DNA of 64,000 bases, taken from assembly GCA_951406725.2 (NCBI GenBank), contig OX597815.1, positions 196,602,001 through 196,666,000 on the forward strand. Direction: 5' to 3'. Source of the stretch: Octopus vulgaris (taxonomy: Eukaryota). Below the pieces are notes generated by a model that saw only the letters and a list, made by a program, of their open reading frames with translations, was not told where the DNA came from and did no database searches. Below, one piece after another: positions 40,046-53,735 of the stretch (positions are counted from its first letter, which is position 1; every line of letters starts with the position of its first letter). The position numbers and the translations under genes were made by a program.

Positions 40046-40590
40046 TTAATAAATTAGCGCCTTTTTTCAACTCTGAAGAATTTATATCACAATTTTAACA
40101 TATTTTTCTCTCAGACTTTATATTTATTTAATTTTGTTGGTTTATTGCGTGTACATTCACTAGTAAGATATACGTGGCATTAATAGCAAATTCATATGTC
40201 CAATGTATTTATTTCTATCTCTTCCATAAATTTATATCATCTTTTATATTATCCCCATATCACGCCTTGCTCTAAACGGTTTTTGGTTTCTTTCCTCTCA
40301 GATTATCCCCTGGAATTAAAATCTAAAACCGTTTTTTCTTGCAACTATCACCTTTCAGTTGGAGAAGAATATTACCAACATCGATCCCCCGGTTTGGGTA
40401 GTGGCCTACTAATGTGATAGAGACTCAGCCCGTTTCTCAATACAAGAAATAAAAAAATACCCCAAACAATACTAGAAAGGAGAATACTTCAAACAAAAAT
40501 ACAAGAGAGAATTAGTCAAAGCGTCTTAGTGTCATGTTCCAATTAATTGCATTCTGATAATGTAGAATTGTTTATTAGAATTGTTCATAT

Positions 40591-40753
40591 AGGCGCAGGA
40601 GTGGCTGTGTAGTAGGTAGCTTGCTAACCAACCACATGGTTCCGGGTTCAGTCCCACTTTGTGACATCTTGGGCAAGTGTCTTCTGCTATAGCCTCGGGC
40701 CGACCAATGCCTTGTGAGTGGATTTAGTAGACGGAAACTGAAAGAAGCCTGTC

Positions 40754-40811
<58 letters not shown>

Positions 40812-41040
40812 GTTTGTATATGTTTGTGTGTCTGTGTTTGTCCCCCTAGCATTGCTTGACAACCGATGCTGGTGTGTTTATGTCCCCGTCACTTAGCGGC
40901 TCGGCAAAAGAGATCGATAGAATAAGTACTGGGGGGCTTACAAAAGAATAAGTCCCGGGGTCGATTTGCTCGACTAAAAGGCGGTGCTCTAGTATGGCCG
41001 CAGTCAAATGACTGAAACAAGTAAAAGTAAAGAGTAAAGT
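40591..41040 (+). mobile_element. SINE family A
   Basis: Full head-to-tail copy. Confidence 0.9.
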
Positions 41041-41832
41041 AGAAGATTGGACCTCATTTCTCTATTTTTACGTCGATAGCAGAAGTATCGATAGCAAATG
41101 GTATCGATTACTATCCATAGTGTCGATGATCGAATTCTATTTATGACAAAGACAAATATTATAGTAATACAATGTTGTTAAATAATTCATGAAATATTTT
41201 TATGTTAATCAAGCACACCGCATAGTTGCTTGATTTCACTTTTAGATACAAGGATTCACATCCTCCAATAACTGTGCACAGAAATAATACCTACAGTATC
41301 GATAATCGGAATGATTTGTACCAACATCAGTATCTATTTCTTTATTGCCCACAGGGAGCTAAACAAGGACAGACAAAAGGACCAAGGCGATGACGTCGAC
41401 CCCAGAGCGTAACTGGTATTTATTTAATCGACCCCGAAATGATGAAAGACAAAGTCTCTCTCGTTGCTCCAGTCCACTCAGCTGGTAAAAAATTTGAGTA
41501 GTACCTATATTTCAATGTACTAACCTTGTTACATTGTATGGAACGCTGAATTACTCTGAGAATTGCGTTAAGGGTACGGGGTCTGTGGATTTCCCAGCTA
41601 CGTGTATGCTACTTTCACAAGTTGATACTTAGAGAATCTGGAACAGAATAGTTATAATTACTTACAAGTAGCCTAACAAGAAGATATTGTACATAACATA
41701 TCCTCCAATAAAATTTGCAAAGAAACAAATCATTTCACAGAGCATAGCGGATTCATAAAACCAAGATATGTTAAGCTAAATATAATACAAATGCACAGTG
41801 CATCTATATCGATGATATTAGTTGAACAAATA

Positions 41833-42242
41833 GGGCGAGCTGGCAGAATCGTTAGCATGCCGGGCGAAATGCTTAGCTGTATTTCGTCTACCGAGTTCAA
41901 ATTCCACCGAGTTCGACTTTGCCTTTCATCGTTTCGGGGTCGATTAAATAAGTACCAGTTACGCACTGGGGTCGATATAATCGACTTAATCCGTTTGTCT
42001 GTCCTTGTTTGTCCTCTCTGTGTTTAGCCCCTTGTGGGTAGTAAATAAATAGGTATTTCGTCTACCATTACGTTCTGAGTTCAAACACCGCCGAGATCGA
42101 CTTTGCCTTTCATCCTTTCGGGGTCGATTAAATGAGGTCGGTGTAATCAACTTAATCACTGGTGTCGGTGTAATCAACTTAAACCCTTTGTTTTTCCCCC
42201 TCTATGTTTAGCCCCCTGTTGGCAAGAAAGAAATAGGTATTT
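41833..42242 (+). mobile_element. SINE family B dimer (head + 2 bodies)
   Basis: Junction aaatag|gtatttcgtc at about 42052; ends aaataggtattt; TSD gttgaacaaata. Confidence 0.85.
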
Positions 42243-42996
42243 GTTGAACAAATACTTCTAACATTGCCGTAATTCATAGCATAAACATTCTCGCTCCAAG
42301 TGAGAACGCTTTTTTGAGTTATAAATGCATCGGATCCGACAAGCTTTTGGATGTTACGCTGTTCCAGTTTCACTCACAAAGCTTGAATTGATCCCACTGT
42401 ATGATAGCAGACAATTTGTATTTCTTCCTGTGCAAGAAAATTCGAAGCAAGGGATTGCGAAGAGAATATCTTTGCCATGATTATTCACATACGCATACAG
42501 CATATCCCAAATTCCCATGTCATGAATTTTATGTCAATATATTTTATGGTAATTATCTTTATCAGTGCTAGATTATGATCTCATATTCCGCCATATCTTC
42601 CACTCTTCAAATCCCATAACCATTTAATTTACTCAGTCACATGAATAGATCCTCTCTCACTCTATATTTCTCTTACTTACGTCCTGCTCTCTTTCTATCA
42701 TTTTCTCTCACATTCTCCTCTCAGTCATTTCCTCTCTTACATCCGAGCATTTTAATACATATAAATGGAAGATTACAATCGCAATGATCATTTACATTTG
42801 TCTCCAAACAGATCAAATGGAAACAGAAATATAATTACAAATCCGATCGACGAAATTGGGAACACGGAATCTACAACGCTTTCCTCACAGAACATTCTGA
42901 ACAAAAACAGATCCAGAGCAGCGTTATATTCAACGAACAACACTGAAAACATAATGACACACATTCACACGTACAACACACAGAAACAAATACACA

Positions 42997-43394
42997 TCTT
43001 TATATATAAAAGTGAGGTTGTGTGCTGTCTGTCTCCTACGATTTAGATTCCTAACTACTCCCACATTTTGCGGTGCAGTTTAACCAAAACCGGGTATCTT
43101 ATAGTCGTGATTCATATCGAGCCCTTCTGGGTATTAGCGCGCGTCTACGATGAGTCTACGATTTAAAAAAAAAATTACCATCAATTTTTCCCATTTTTAA
43201 TGCATTTTTGGCATATATAAGGGAAGTAACTCTCTAAAAATTTATTATTAAATCTCAGAACGTAAAAAGCTACAGTAACACCCCTGCCCTTTGTGGTTAG
43301 CCATATTGAGATGGCTATTATACTTTACATCTCTAAAAATGCTTATGTAGTTATTTCCCTTACAAACCCGAGCAACGCCGGGCGATACTGCTAG
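42997..43394 (+). mobile_element. Non-autonomous Helitron
   Basis: Inserted between A and T; starts TC(tttatatataaaag); ends with hairpin cccg-agcaacgc-cggg then CTAG; no TSD; near-identical copy at 56767. Confidence 0.88.
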
Positions 43395-43507
43395 TATATT
43401 ATATGTTAGTGCGTATGTGTGTGTGTGCGTGAGCACGTGTGAGTAAGCTTTAGTACTGCAAATGTATGTTATATGCTTGTCTCTAAGTATTTGTGTATAT
43501 AACAGTA

Positions 43508-43772
43508 AAATAATAATAATAATAAATGCGCCCTTTTAAAGCCTAGCCAGGCTCATGGGCCCAGTTTCCCAGTTCAATGGCGTATATATTTCCCAGCTAG
43601 ATGGGGCGCCTCTCCATCACAGTGTTACTCACTTTTGCCAGCTGAGTGGACTGGAGCGACGTGAAATGAAGTGTTTTGCTCAAGAACACAACGCGTCGCC
43701 CGGTCCAGGAATCGAAACCACAATTATACGATCATGATGCTGACACCCTAACTACTAAGTCACGCGCCTCAA
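43508..43772 (-). mobile_element. tRNA-headed SINE related to family D, (TTA)n tail
   Basis: Minus strand gaggcgcgtgacttagtagttaggg...gtttcgattcc...gtgttcttgagcaaaacactt; TSD tatataacagt. Confidence 0.85.
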
Positions 43773-44476
43773 TATATAACAGTCAAACTCAAAGCAAATT
43801 AACTGCGGAAACCATATCTAAAACCAATATATCTATGTAATATTGTAGTATGTATTTGATATATCTGATTAAATGTACATATATTAACGTAGGGCTGCAT
43901 AATACGCTACTCATACGATGTGATGAATTGTAGAATTTGCACTTTACGCGAATTAATGTTTCTTTAGATAATTCAGTGTTATATTGAAATATATGTACAT
44001 TGTTCTCACAATGCAACTTGAGGCAGACAATCCCGGATATAGGATACGCTGACGATTTTACAATGATATCAGCTGATAGCCAGATGATGTAGCGATAAGT
44101 TTGAAAACTTCTCTCATTTTGAGCATATCGTTACATTTTTTTTTTATTATAAACATCAAGAAAGAGTGAAGATTACAATCTTCTGTTAGTCATTCATATC
44201 ACAAATAAGTATGAGAGTAGAAATGTTGCATTAATGTTATGAAAGACCCAATGGATATAATTAAATATATGATTTTGTATACATGCACTTAGACACAAAA
44301 GTACAAGAATATGTTGTTATTATTACATTTACAATAAACAAGCAGAAAGAGCTTAATAACTCTGTCAGAGTTAGATGTAATCTTTACACACTTCGTAAAA
44401 AGCACATGACCATTTAGCTTCTTGGTTAGGTTGTTGTCAGCATTAATGCTATATTGTAATATAAACTCTAGAATGC

Positions 44477-44704
44477 ACTCCTTTACTCCTTTACTCTTCT
44501 ACTTCTTTCAGTAATTTGACTGCGGCCATGCTGGAGCACCGCCTTTAGTCGAGCAAATCGACCCCAGAACTTATTCTTTGTAAGCCTAGTACTTATTTTA
44601 TCGGTCCCTTTTGCCGAACCGCTAAGTTACGGGAACGTAAACACACCGGCATCGGTTGTCAATCGATGTTTGGGTGACAAACACAAACACAAAAATATAC
44701 ACAC

Positions 44705-44788
<84 letters not shown>

Positions 44789-44953
44789 TCGACAGGCTTC
44801 TTCCAGTTTCCGTCTGCCAAATCCACTCACAAGGCTTTGGTCGGCCCGAGGCTATAATAGAAGACACTTAACCAAGGTGCCACGCAGTGGGACTGAACCC
44901 GGGATCATGTGGTTGGTAAGCAAGCTACTTACCACGCAGCCACTCCTGCACCT
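44477..44953 (-). mobile_element. SINE family A
   Basis: Full copy. Confidence 0.9.
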
Positions 44954-45215
44954 ATAAAAATGATGAACAGCCTTAATCGATTTTCAAACCCTATCGTGTT
45001 CTCATCAGAAGAATCTACACCATTCTGACAGAGGCGCCTCTCAACATATTATGAGGGGTAAGAAATATGACAACTTCTAAGAAGCGCTAAAAAATACATA
45101 TTGAATCATTAGAAGAGATTAAGATAGAAACAGAAAAGAGAGAACATTGCAAAAGACAGAATTTTTGTTTCCAGCAGAGTTAAAAGCTAATATTTCTAAA
45201 AGCTAATATTTCTAT

Positions 45216-45450
45216 AAGGCGGCGAGCTGGCAGAAACGTTAGCACGCCGGGCGAAATGCGTGGCCGTATATCGTCTGCCGTTACGTTCTGAGTTCAAATT
45301 CCGCCGAGGTCCACTTTGCCTTTCATCCTTTCGGGGTCGATAAATTAAGTACCAGTTGCGCACTGGGATCGATGTAATCAACTTAATCCCTTTGTCTGTC
45401 CTTGTTTGTCCTCTCTGTGTTTAGCCCCTTGTGGGTAGTAAATAAATAAA
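45216..45450 (+). mobile_element. SINE family B monomer
   Basis: Full head and body; flanks share aatatttcta. Confidence 0.9.
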
Positions 45451-45657
45451 TATTTCTAAAAGCTAAATAATATTTCAAAAAATTTTAAGTATGGCTACGA
45501 AGTGTTGAAGTACATGCATCACATTTAATATGACAAATATATTAACACTGAGCAAACTTTCTTGAAATCTATTTAATATTCTGAATGATCGTAATAACAC
45601 TTAATTTTACAGGTAAGATAAATTCTTCGTTAATATATATCTAGATTTATATATGCT

Positions 45658-45708
<51 letters not shown>

Positions 45709-45937
45709 TTATTAAAAGAAAGGGAAACATTCATAAGTTATTTGAAGACAGTTTATGATATCTTAAAGCATTTGCAATACGTCATTCAGCGTATGTGTAT
45801 AGCATTTCATAAATTAGTAGATGTCTTCTTCGCATTATATCTGTTCATAAAACTGGTGAATAGGATGGGTTATTTTGCGGTGTCTTGTTTATAAATGTAA
45901 GTAATTTTGAATGGTTCCCTTGCCCCATATATATTTC

Positions 45938-46076
45938 TAACTGGTACTTAATTTATCGACCCCGAAAGGATGAAAGGTAAAGTCGACCTCGGCGGAATTT
46001 GAACTCACAACGTAACGGCAGACGAAATACCGCTAAGCATTTCGCCCGACGTGCTAACGTTTCTGCCAGCTCGCCC
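45938..46076 (-). mobile_element. SINE family B, 3'-short copy
   Basis: Head through gtaccagtta; TSD ccttgccccatat. Confidence 0.85.
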
Positions 46077-46300
46077 TTGCCCCATATAACCTGACAGCTT
46101 TTGCGTTGCATGCATGCGTGTATATGTGTGTGTGTGCAAGCATTTGTGTATGGATCTATGTAATTATGTATGCATGCGTGGATGTATAGCCGAAGCATGC
46201 AATGTTTAATATTGCATGCAGTCTTAGCAATAAATTTGAGAAAAACTATTGTATATTGCAATAATAATTCTCTAAAAGAGATATAGACAGTAACTGCTCG

Positions 46301-46554
46301 ATAACATAAGGGACTAAAGCCATCTGAATATGGCTAGGGACAGGGCAGGGTGGTGGGGGTGTTACTGTTGCATTTAGCCCCAGGCGAACATCGACGTCAC
46401 CAGAAAGGCTAGACACCGTCACGGTGTCCTTCGTGACGGTGTCTAGCCTTTCTGGTGACGTCGATGTTCGCCTGGGGCTAAATGCAACAGTAACACCCCC
46501 ACCACCCTGCCCTGTCCCTAGCCATATTCAGATGGCTTTAGTCCCTTATGTTAT
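46301..46554. repeat. Perfect palindrome, 123-bp arms, 8-nt spacer
   Basis: 46301-46423 is the exact reverse complement of 46432-46554 by eye. Confidence 0.93.
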
Positions 46555-47029
46555 TGTATATTGGTAGTCTTGAATTATAGAACTTTGAAGTAATTGTATC
46601 TATGTCTATCTATGAATGTGCATATATGCAAATAATATTGTATCTAGTAATGGAAAATAGAATAAATTGAAGACATATTATTCTGGTAACTCGGAGACTT
46701 TGTCATGTGGTCAGAATGGATGAGTGGCAATTTTGTATGATGTGCTCAATACTAATTAATTTGAGACTTGTTGTATTTAAACAGTATATATATCAAAGCT
46801 AATTTAATTTTACTATTAGCATTACATTCAAAGTGCTACATTGTATCCGTTTGGTATACAACATAGGTGTGTATGTCAAACTTCACATTCTTACGCTCAT
46901 AGAAACAATCAATGAACGAAGTTAGAAAGACATGATAATGATTTTAGTTTACTACATTATCGTCAGAGATTAAACAAAGAGAGCAGATAAAACTTTCTTC
47001 AGAGTTGAGTAACTCCCAATGTCAATATA

Positions 47030-47450
47030 TCTCACTTTTACTCTTTTTTACTCATTTACTTGTTTCAGTCATTTGACTGCGGCCATGCTGGAGCACCACC
47101 TTTAGTCGATCAAATCGACCCCGGGACTTATTCTTTGTAAGCCCTGTACTTATTCTATCGGTCTGTTTTGCCGAACCGCTAAGTCACGGGGACGTAAACA
47201 CACCAGCATCGGTTGTCAAGCAATGCTAAGGGGACAAACACAGACACACAAACACATACACACACACACACACATATATATATATACGACAGGCTTCTTT
47301 CAATTTCCGTCTACCAAATCCACTCACAAGGCATTGGTCGGCCCGGATCTATTGCAGAAGACACTTGCCCAAGATACCACGCAGTGGGACTGAACCCGGA
47401 ACAATGTGGTTGGTTAGCAAGCTACTTACCACACAGCCACTCCTGTGCCT
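47030..47450 (-). mobile_element. SINE family A
   Basis: Full copy. Confidence 0.9.
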
Positions 47451-47731
47451 ATTGACTTCATTCTAAAGCATTTTTTCATTTAACATACAGTGGAAATATT
47501 GGTCTGGGATTGGTGGAGTGCAGAAAACAGTGACCATTGATGTAGCGCTTCGGAAGCCGTATTCTAAACCCCGTTTATTCTCAACTTGTGTGTTCTTTGA
47601 TGTCTTGAAAATGATGAGATCACGTTTTGCTGCGAGCATTAGCAACTGAAAGGCAAAGTGAGGTACTTATGGAACCCTTACATTAATGATATACGATTTC
47701 AAGAATGCGGCATATATATATATATATATAT

Positions 47732-47960
47732 ATTTCTTTACTACCCACAAGGGGCTAAACACAGAGGGACAAACAAGGACAGACAAAGGGATTAAGTCGA
47801 TTACATCGACCCCAGTGCGTAACTGGTACTTAATTTATCGACCCCGAAAGGACGAAAGGCAAAGTCGACCTCGGCGGAATTTGAACTCGGAACGTAACGA
47901 CAGACGAAATACGGCTACGAATTTCGCCCGGCGTGCTAACGTTTCTACCAGCTCGCCGCC
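47732..47960 (-). mobile_element. SINE family B monomer in (TA)n
   Basis: Reverse complement of the full family B. Confidence 0.9.
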
Positions 47961-48016
<56 letters not shown>

Positions 48017-48537
48017 AAAAGTGTTTATGTATACTTGTACGTATGTTCTCTTCTATTTTAATTACCTGAAATCTTCCTCTGAGGAAGGAGCTGATTTCTA
48101 ACAAAGATACAAAGCACAAACGTTGCAATGTAGATTTTTTTAAAATGTCACAGTTTCATCTTGAGAGAAGTTTAGCATATTTTTACTGTTCCACTTGTAA
48201 CTGTAATGGGCGAGTTAGTTTGGATGATTTCTTTTAATGAACGACCTGTCTGATCCAGATTGTAACTTAGGCATTTACTCAAAAGCCAAGCGCACCAATT
48301 ATTATAGGTATAAATGCGAATTCATAACCTGAGTGTAAAAGCTAGAAGTTTCGATGCAGTTGCCTGTAGTTATTTTCTTTCTCTTTAATTTTCAAAGAGA
48401 TGTTCACATCAACAGAACAGCTGACTTCTGTGACGGTACCCGGTCATTATGCTTATATTTGACAGTTGTTTTGATGGAAATGCTCCAACGGAATACCTTG
48501 TACATTATTTACACACACACACACATACATATGTGTT

Positions 48538-48688
48538 TCTTTTACGTTTCGAGCCTACGCTCTTCAAGAGCGTAGGCTCGAAACGTAAAAGACTTGTTTT
48601 ATTTATATTCCTGAGCGCCATACTAATACAATTGTTTGTTTATATTCCACCTGCCTTCGTCTTTTGTTTATTTTCATAAAGCTTCCCG

Positions 48689-48690
<2 letters not shown>
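48538..48690 (+). mobile_element. Short Penelope-like terminal remnant with 27-bp foldback through an HHR 3' half
   Basis: tcttttacgtttcgagcctacgctctt-c-aagagcgtaggctcGAAACGTAaaaga; runs into (TA)n; homolog on the minus strand at about 59665-59800. Confidence 0.65.
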
Positions 48691-48723
<33 letters not shown>

Positions 48724-50297
48724 TACGTAACAGCCTACAAACAAATATAACTATGTGTGTATATTCTGTGGGTATTAGAGTATCACTATCTTCTACGTGT
48801 TTATCCTATTTAGTAGGGCGGTGTTCAAAGATTTTTTATTGTTAACAGTGATATCTGAAAGTGTTTGATTTTCTGTATGTGCTTGAAATGTTCTGAGAAA
48901 CCTGGAATGTATAATTTTATCTGTACTCATAAACAGATATAGAATTTTGCTTAAGTTTTCAAAGTGAAATAAAATATGTGAAAATGGATTTCTTTCCTCT
49001 CTTAGTTGTTCTAGAAATTCATTTGGAGAAGAAAAAAAAATTAATTGGAATCGACTTGGGCTACACTGAAAGATGTTTCGAGTACACTTATATAAAACAC
49101 GAGTATATTTGACACATTTGTAGAAAAAGGGTCACGTCCATGTTGATATACGTTTGGTAGCAAAAATTTGAAAGTAATGCAAAAATATCCTGGCTCTGTT
49201 CTGTCAGAACTTGCCAAATATATTCTTGATGAGCGATATCACTTCATTCTTATTATCTTATCTTAATGCGCTGATCCAGAAATCTTGTCACAGGAGATGA
49301 ATATCTTTCCGAAAACACTTGGAGGTGTTCGGAATCCTTTGAAATTCATTAGACATTTTCAGAAATGCAGAAAATTATTTTCGATGGCTCGCTAATACAT
49401 AAATATTTTCCTAAGTTGTTCTCATATAAGCCGTTGAGATTCTAATGGATTTTTCTGTCTATTCTTGCATTTTATCACATCAACAAAATTACTTGCTTAT
49501 TTGTTTAATGCTTTTAGAAACACTTCCATTTCAATTCCATTCATATGATATATTTGTTTTTATACGTGATTATATCTTAACAATACCTAATTTTACCGTT
49601 CTTTTCTCCCATTTTTATATTTCATATTTTCTCATTCATTTTCAAAGAATATTCAATATTGACTTCTAAGTGAAACGTTCTCAGTTCTCTTGTTTATATC
49701 ACTGCTTTGTGTTTTATCATTGAATTGTTACGTTTCACTTCCAAACATTCTACAAAGACTTTCATTTCCCCGTCTTGCATTTCACACAGAATATTTCAAG
49801 CTATCCTTCTTCAAATTAGTTACCTCTTCCAATGCCTCTTACTTATACAAACGACATACATCTCTAACGCCTCCTACTTCATAAAAATACTGTTTTCTTC
49901 AACCATCATTCCAGCTTCATCTCGCACTTCATTTAAAGTGTTTTATATATTTTTACGCCATTTTCCACATTCGCTTATATTGCATAACACACATACCATA
50001 GCAATGGTGTGTACGTGTGCGTATCTGTTGTACGCACCATTGTAATTGTTTATGTCGGCTCTGATACAACAAGTTAGTGGTAGATAATCGCTCTTCTTAA
50101 CTTCTCTCTTTTGTGTTTTCCCCTAAAACTTTATGAGATTCCATCTCATTCTACCTCTCTTCTGCAGTCGTTCTTATTGAACTTCCTGTCGTTTTTATTT
50201 ATCTCCGTGTCGGTTTCACGTCTTTTCTTTCTCTCCTTCACTCCCCTTCCATCTCTCTCTCTCACGTCCTTTTCTACATACGCATATATTTTTAATG

Positions 50298-50329
<32 letters not shown>

Positions 50330-50348
50330 GTGTGTGTATGTGTGTGTG

Positions 50349-50404
<56 letters not shown>

Positions 50405-50409
50405 GTGTG

Positions 50410-50440
<31 letters not shown>

Positions 50441-50441
50441 G

Positions 50442-50472
<31 letters not shown>

Positions 50473-50473
50473 T

Positions 50474-50567
<94 letters not shown>

Positions 50568-50747
50568 TAGATAAGAAAGTTTGTTTGGTAAAGCACGTGG
50601 GTGAATATATAAGAAAATAGTAAAGTGTGAAAAAACGACAGAAGGCTTAAATGTTAAAAAATATATATGTTTGTGTCAAAATGTCTGGAGAATATTGGAA
50701 AAATTTTTTTCCCTTTCCTTAAAATAACATAATTTTTAAATTTTTAA

Positions 50748-50785
50748 AGAAATTACCGGTTTCGCGTGTAGCTTTTCAAATTTCT
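50748..50785 (-). ncRNA. Minimal type I hammerhead with U3-A8 covariant core
   Basis: Minus strand agaaat-TTGAAAA-gc(tacac)gc-GAA-ACCGGT-A-atttct: 6-bp stem I, palindromic stem III, GUA triplet. Confidence 0.7.
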
Positions 50786-50921
50786 TGTGACGTTATGTTT
50801 ATATTGCATGGAATTATCGTTGTTTTTATTTCCAGGAGATTTCTAAATAAGGGGAGGTAGTGAGTGATTTTTTCCGGTGTAGGGGAGATAATCGCTTAAA
50901 ATTTTTTTTCCCTTTTCCTTG

Positions 50922-51299
50922 TTAATTTCTCTGTGTCAGTATGTTCGGATGGTTGAGTCTGGGTTTGTACTTTTCAATGAAGAATGTTTCCTTGTTCAGT
51001 CTCATTTGTGTTGATGATCCGAAAGCACATTGGTAAAATGGGAAGATTAAAAATTGTGGGAGTAGTTGCTTTGCGCATTTCTCAATGTGCTCACTAAAAG
51101 GTATCATTCTATATTCTGGGAATGCAATCTGTTGTCGATGCAGTGTGCATCTGCGCCTGAGTGATAGTCCCGTGGAACCCACGTAGTCTTGGTGGCAGCC
51201 CGAGCATTTAATAACATAAATTATGTTTTCAGAGGCACAAGTAAAGTTAGATTTGATCTTAAATTTCTGTCCCTCTTTAAAGAAGAATTCTGATCCTGG
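50922..51299 (-). CDS. GIY-YIG endonuclease domain, C-terminal part of a Penelope-like ORF
   Basis: Extending the listed ORF upstream in frame gives FKIKSNFTCASENIIYVIKCSGCHQDYVGSTGLSLRRRCTLH...RLNKETFFIEKYKPRLN, matching the NxIY..CxxC..YxG, R, E and LN motifs. Confidence 0.88.
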   Translation of the reverse strand, partial: PGSEFFFKEGQKFKIKSNFTCASENIIYVIKCSGCHQDYVGSTGLSLRRRCTLHRQQIAFPEYRMIPFSEHIEKCAKQLLPQFLIFPFYQCAFGSSTQMRLNKETFFIEKYKPRLNHPNILTQRN

Positions 51300-51483
51300 A
51301 AGGATCAGAATTCTTCTTTAAAAAGAAACACGCGAAACCGGTAATTTCTTTAAAAATTTAAAAATTATGTTATTTTAAGGAAAGGGAAAAAATTTTTTGC
51401 AATATTCTCCAGACATTTTGACACAAATATATATATTTTTTAACATTTAAGCCTTCTGTCGTTTTTTCACACTTTACTATTTT

Positions 51484-51590
<107 letters not shown>

Positions 51591-52164
51591 CATACATATA
51601 CCTTTCATTTGCATTCTCTTTTCCCACCGATTTTAGTATTTTCTTAAATTGTACTCCTGCCTATACATATCCGTACGCATATAAACATAAACAGACACAC
51701 GCACACACACACACACACACTCACACACATACATGTATATATGCTATAGGTATGCATGTATGTATTTGTGTCTATGTATATGCTTGTGTGTGTAATCATG
51801 TGTAACTGTGTGTATGTGTGTATGTGTGTGTGTGATAATATGTAAAATAACACTTCATAGGGGACAGTATTATTTACAGAAGTAAACATCAAACTTCTAG
51901 TTATTCGAATTTTGCATTTCCCATTATTAAACTGAATATACAGCAGTTACAAGGGATCAAGATGCATTGGTAAATGCCCGCTGGAAAAGCTTCTGGCTAA
52001 GAAAATAAACATAAAGGGTGAAATAGAAAAGAAAGAATAAACTATGTTAATCAGAAGCCAGTGTATAAATGGGAGGTTTATGTAAACTTATGCAATGATA
52101 GATCCGTAGATTAGAAGCTCAGGAATGATGTATTGTACTCAGGAATGAAAGGAATGATGTATTG

Positions 52165-52700
52165 TACTGGGTGTTCGGGTTGAATTTTAGAAATTGCACA
52201 AAAAGAAATGAAAGCAGTGTATCCCATCCAAAAATACACGTATATTCAAAAATCAAAATTATATCAAGATTGTGGCTGGGGAATAACAATTTACTCAAAG
52301 TAGCCGTCACAACTTTTGCCCCACAGCCTCAAGACGGTTCGTGAACCTGGATCGTACGTTCCTCACTGCATTCTTGCATGCGTTCCTAACTGTGTAGATC
52401 ATCATCAAATATCTCCTTAATTTTGGCCACAAGCTCATCTTTGAAGTTGCAGGCCAATTAGTGTCCTTCAATCGCGACCCTCCAACGGGAATACAAGGAA
52501 TAGCAACCGGAAGAATTAGGAGGCAAAAAATTGGGGCTGATGAAGTCTTAGTCTCCGACAACCACTTCTCATCCTTTCTGGAGATATCACAAGCAGAGTA
52601 ATTCTGCTGCCAAAGATATGGCATTCCACCACCAGCCCTCTCCAGCCAAGGTTTCACTGCCCCAATTACGTATATCACATCTTTATTCAGCCAGGCCCCC
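52165..52700 (-). mobile_element. Decayed DD37D/maT-like transposase, 3' half with right end
   Basis: VKPWLERAGGGMPYLWQQNYSACDISRK..KWLSE, SPNFLPPNS, KDELVAKIKEIF, RFTNRLEAV; TIR-like tactgggtg at about 52165. Confidence 0.75.
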
Positions 52701-52900
52701 TCTTCGAAATATTAGTGGATGTTTTATTAATTTTTCTTATCCTGTATCAGTCACGACAAAATTATGTCCGAGCATATGGTTGGTACGGAGTGTGCGTCTC
52801 TGAGAAGGCACAAAATACACAAATTACATCTGGTGTTATCACTGGCCACTGTCAGGACAAATTTTCGTCTCCCTCCGATATTTACTCTGCCTTTATTTTG

Positions 52901-53191
52901 GTTACAGCGTCGAGCTTATGATCGGACCGGGCTGCGTGTTGTGTTCTTGAGCAAGACACTTTATTTCACGTTGCTCCAGTTACCTCAGCTGTAGAAATGA
53001 GTTGCGACATCACTGGTGCTAAGCTGTATCGGCCTTTGCTTTTCCCTTGGATAACATCAATGGTGAGGAGAGGGGATGCTGGTATGCACGGGCGACTGCT
53101 CGTCTCCCAGAAACAGCCTTGTCCGGACTTGTGCCTCGGAGGGTAACTTTATAGGTGCAATCCCAATGCCATTCATGACCGAAGGGGATCT
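52901..53191 (+). mobile_element. SINE family D, head partly deleted
   Basis: Colinear with the reverse complement of 13207-13539. Confidence 0.88.
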
Positions 53192-53484
53192 CCTCAGCAC
53201 CTGTACGTAATAAATTTCATTGCAGAACAAATACTGTAGTAACTGGCCCATTGACAGTTTGCATACATTAAGTATAAAACACAGATGACTAGTTTCACTT
53301 AATACTCTCTAAGTTGCGTATAACGAATGAATAAATTAACTTTCATTGAGTCGACCCCTTACAGTTGTAACGTTTGACCTACTATTTTCGCAAGTGAGAA
53401 CAAATATGCATTGATGTTCGTTAACATCTTAGAGCCACCTGACAAAAGTTGATGTTTTCATCTCTGTATATTTATCCTCGAAGA

Positions 53485-53735
53485 AGGTGCGTAGCCTAGT
53501 GGTAACAGAGCAGCACTCACGATTGTAAGATTATGTTTTGTTTCCCCGACTAGGATGTGCACTGTACTCTTGAAAAAAAACACACTTCATCTTACATCGT
53601 TCCAGTTCTCCGAACTGTAGTAAATGCGTCACCCTGCAACAGGCTGGTCTCCCTTTCAAGAGGAGTGTTGAGACCTTCGTAACTTGTACACCATGCAAAC
53701 CGACTACGTGACTCTGTGAGACGTTGGACTCAAGA
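53485..53735 (+). mobile_element. Old tRNA-headed SINE
   Basis: ggtgcgtagcctagtggta...tcacgattgtaaga...tcttgaaaa..cacacttcatctt.catcgttccagtt. Confidence 0.55.
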
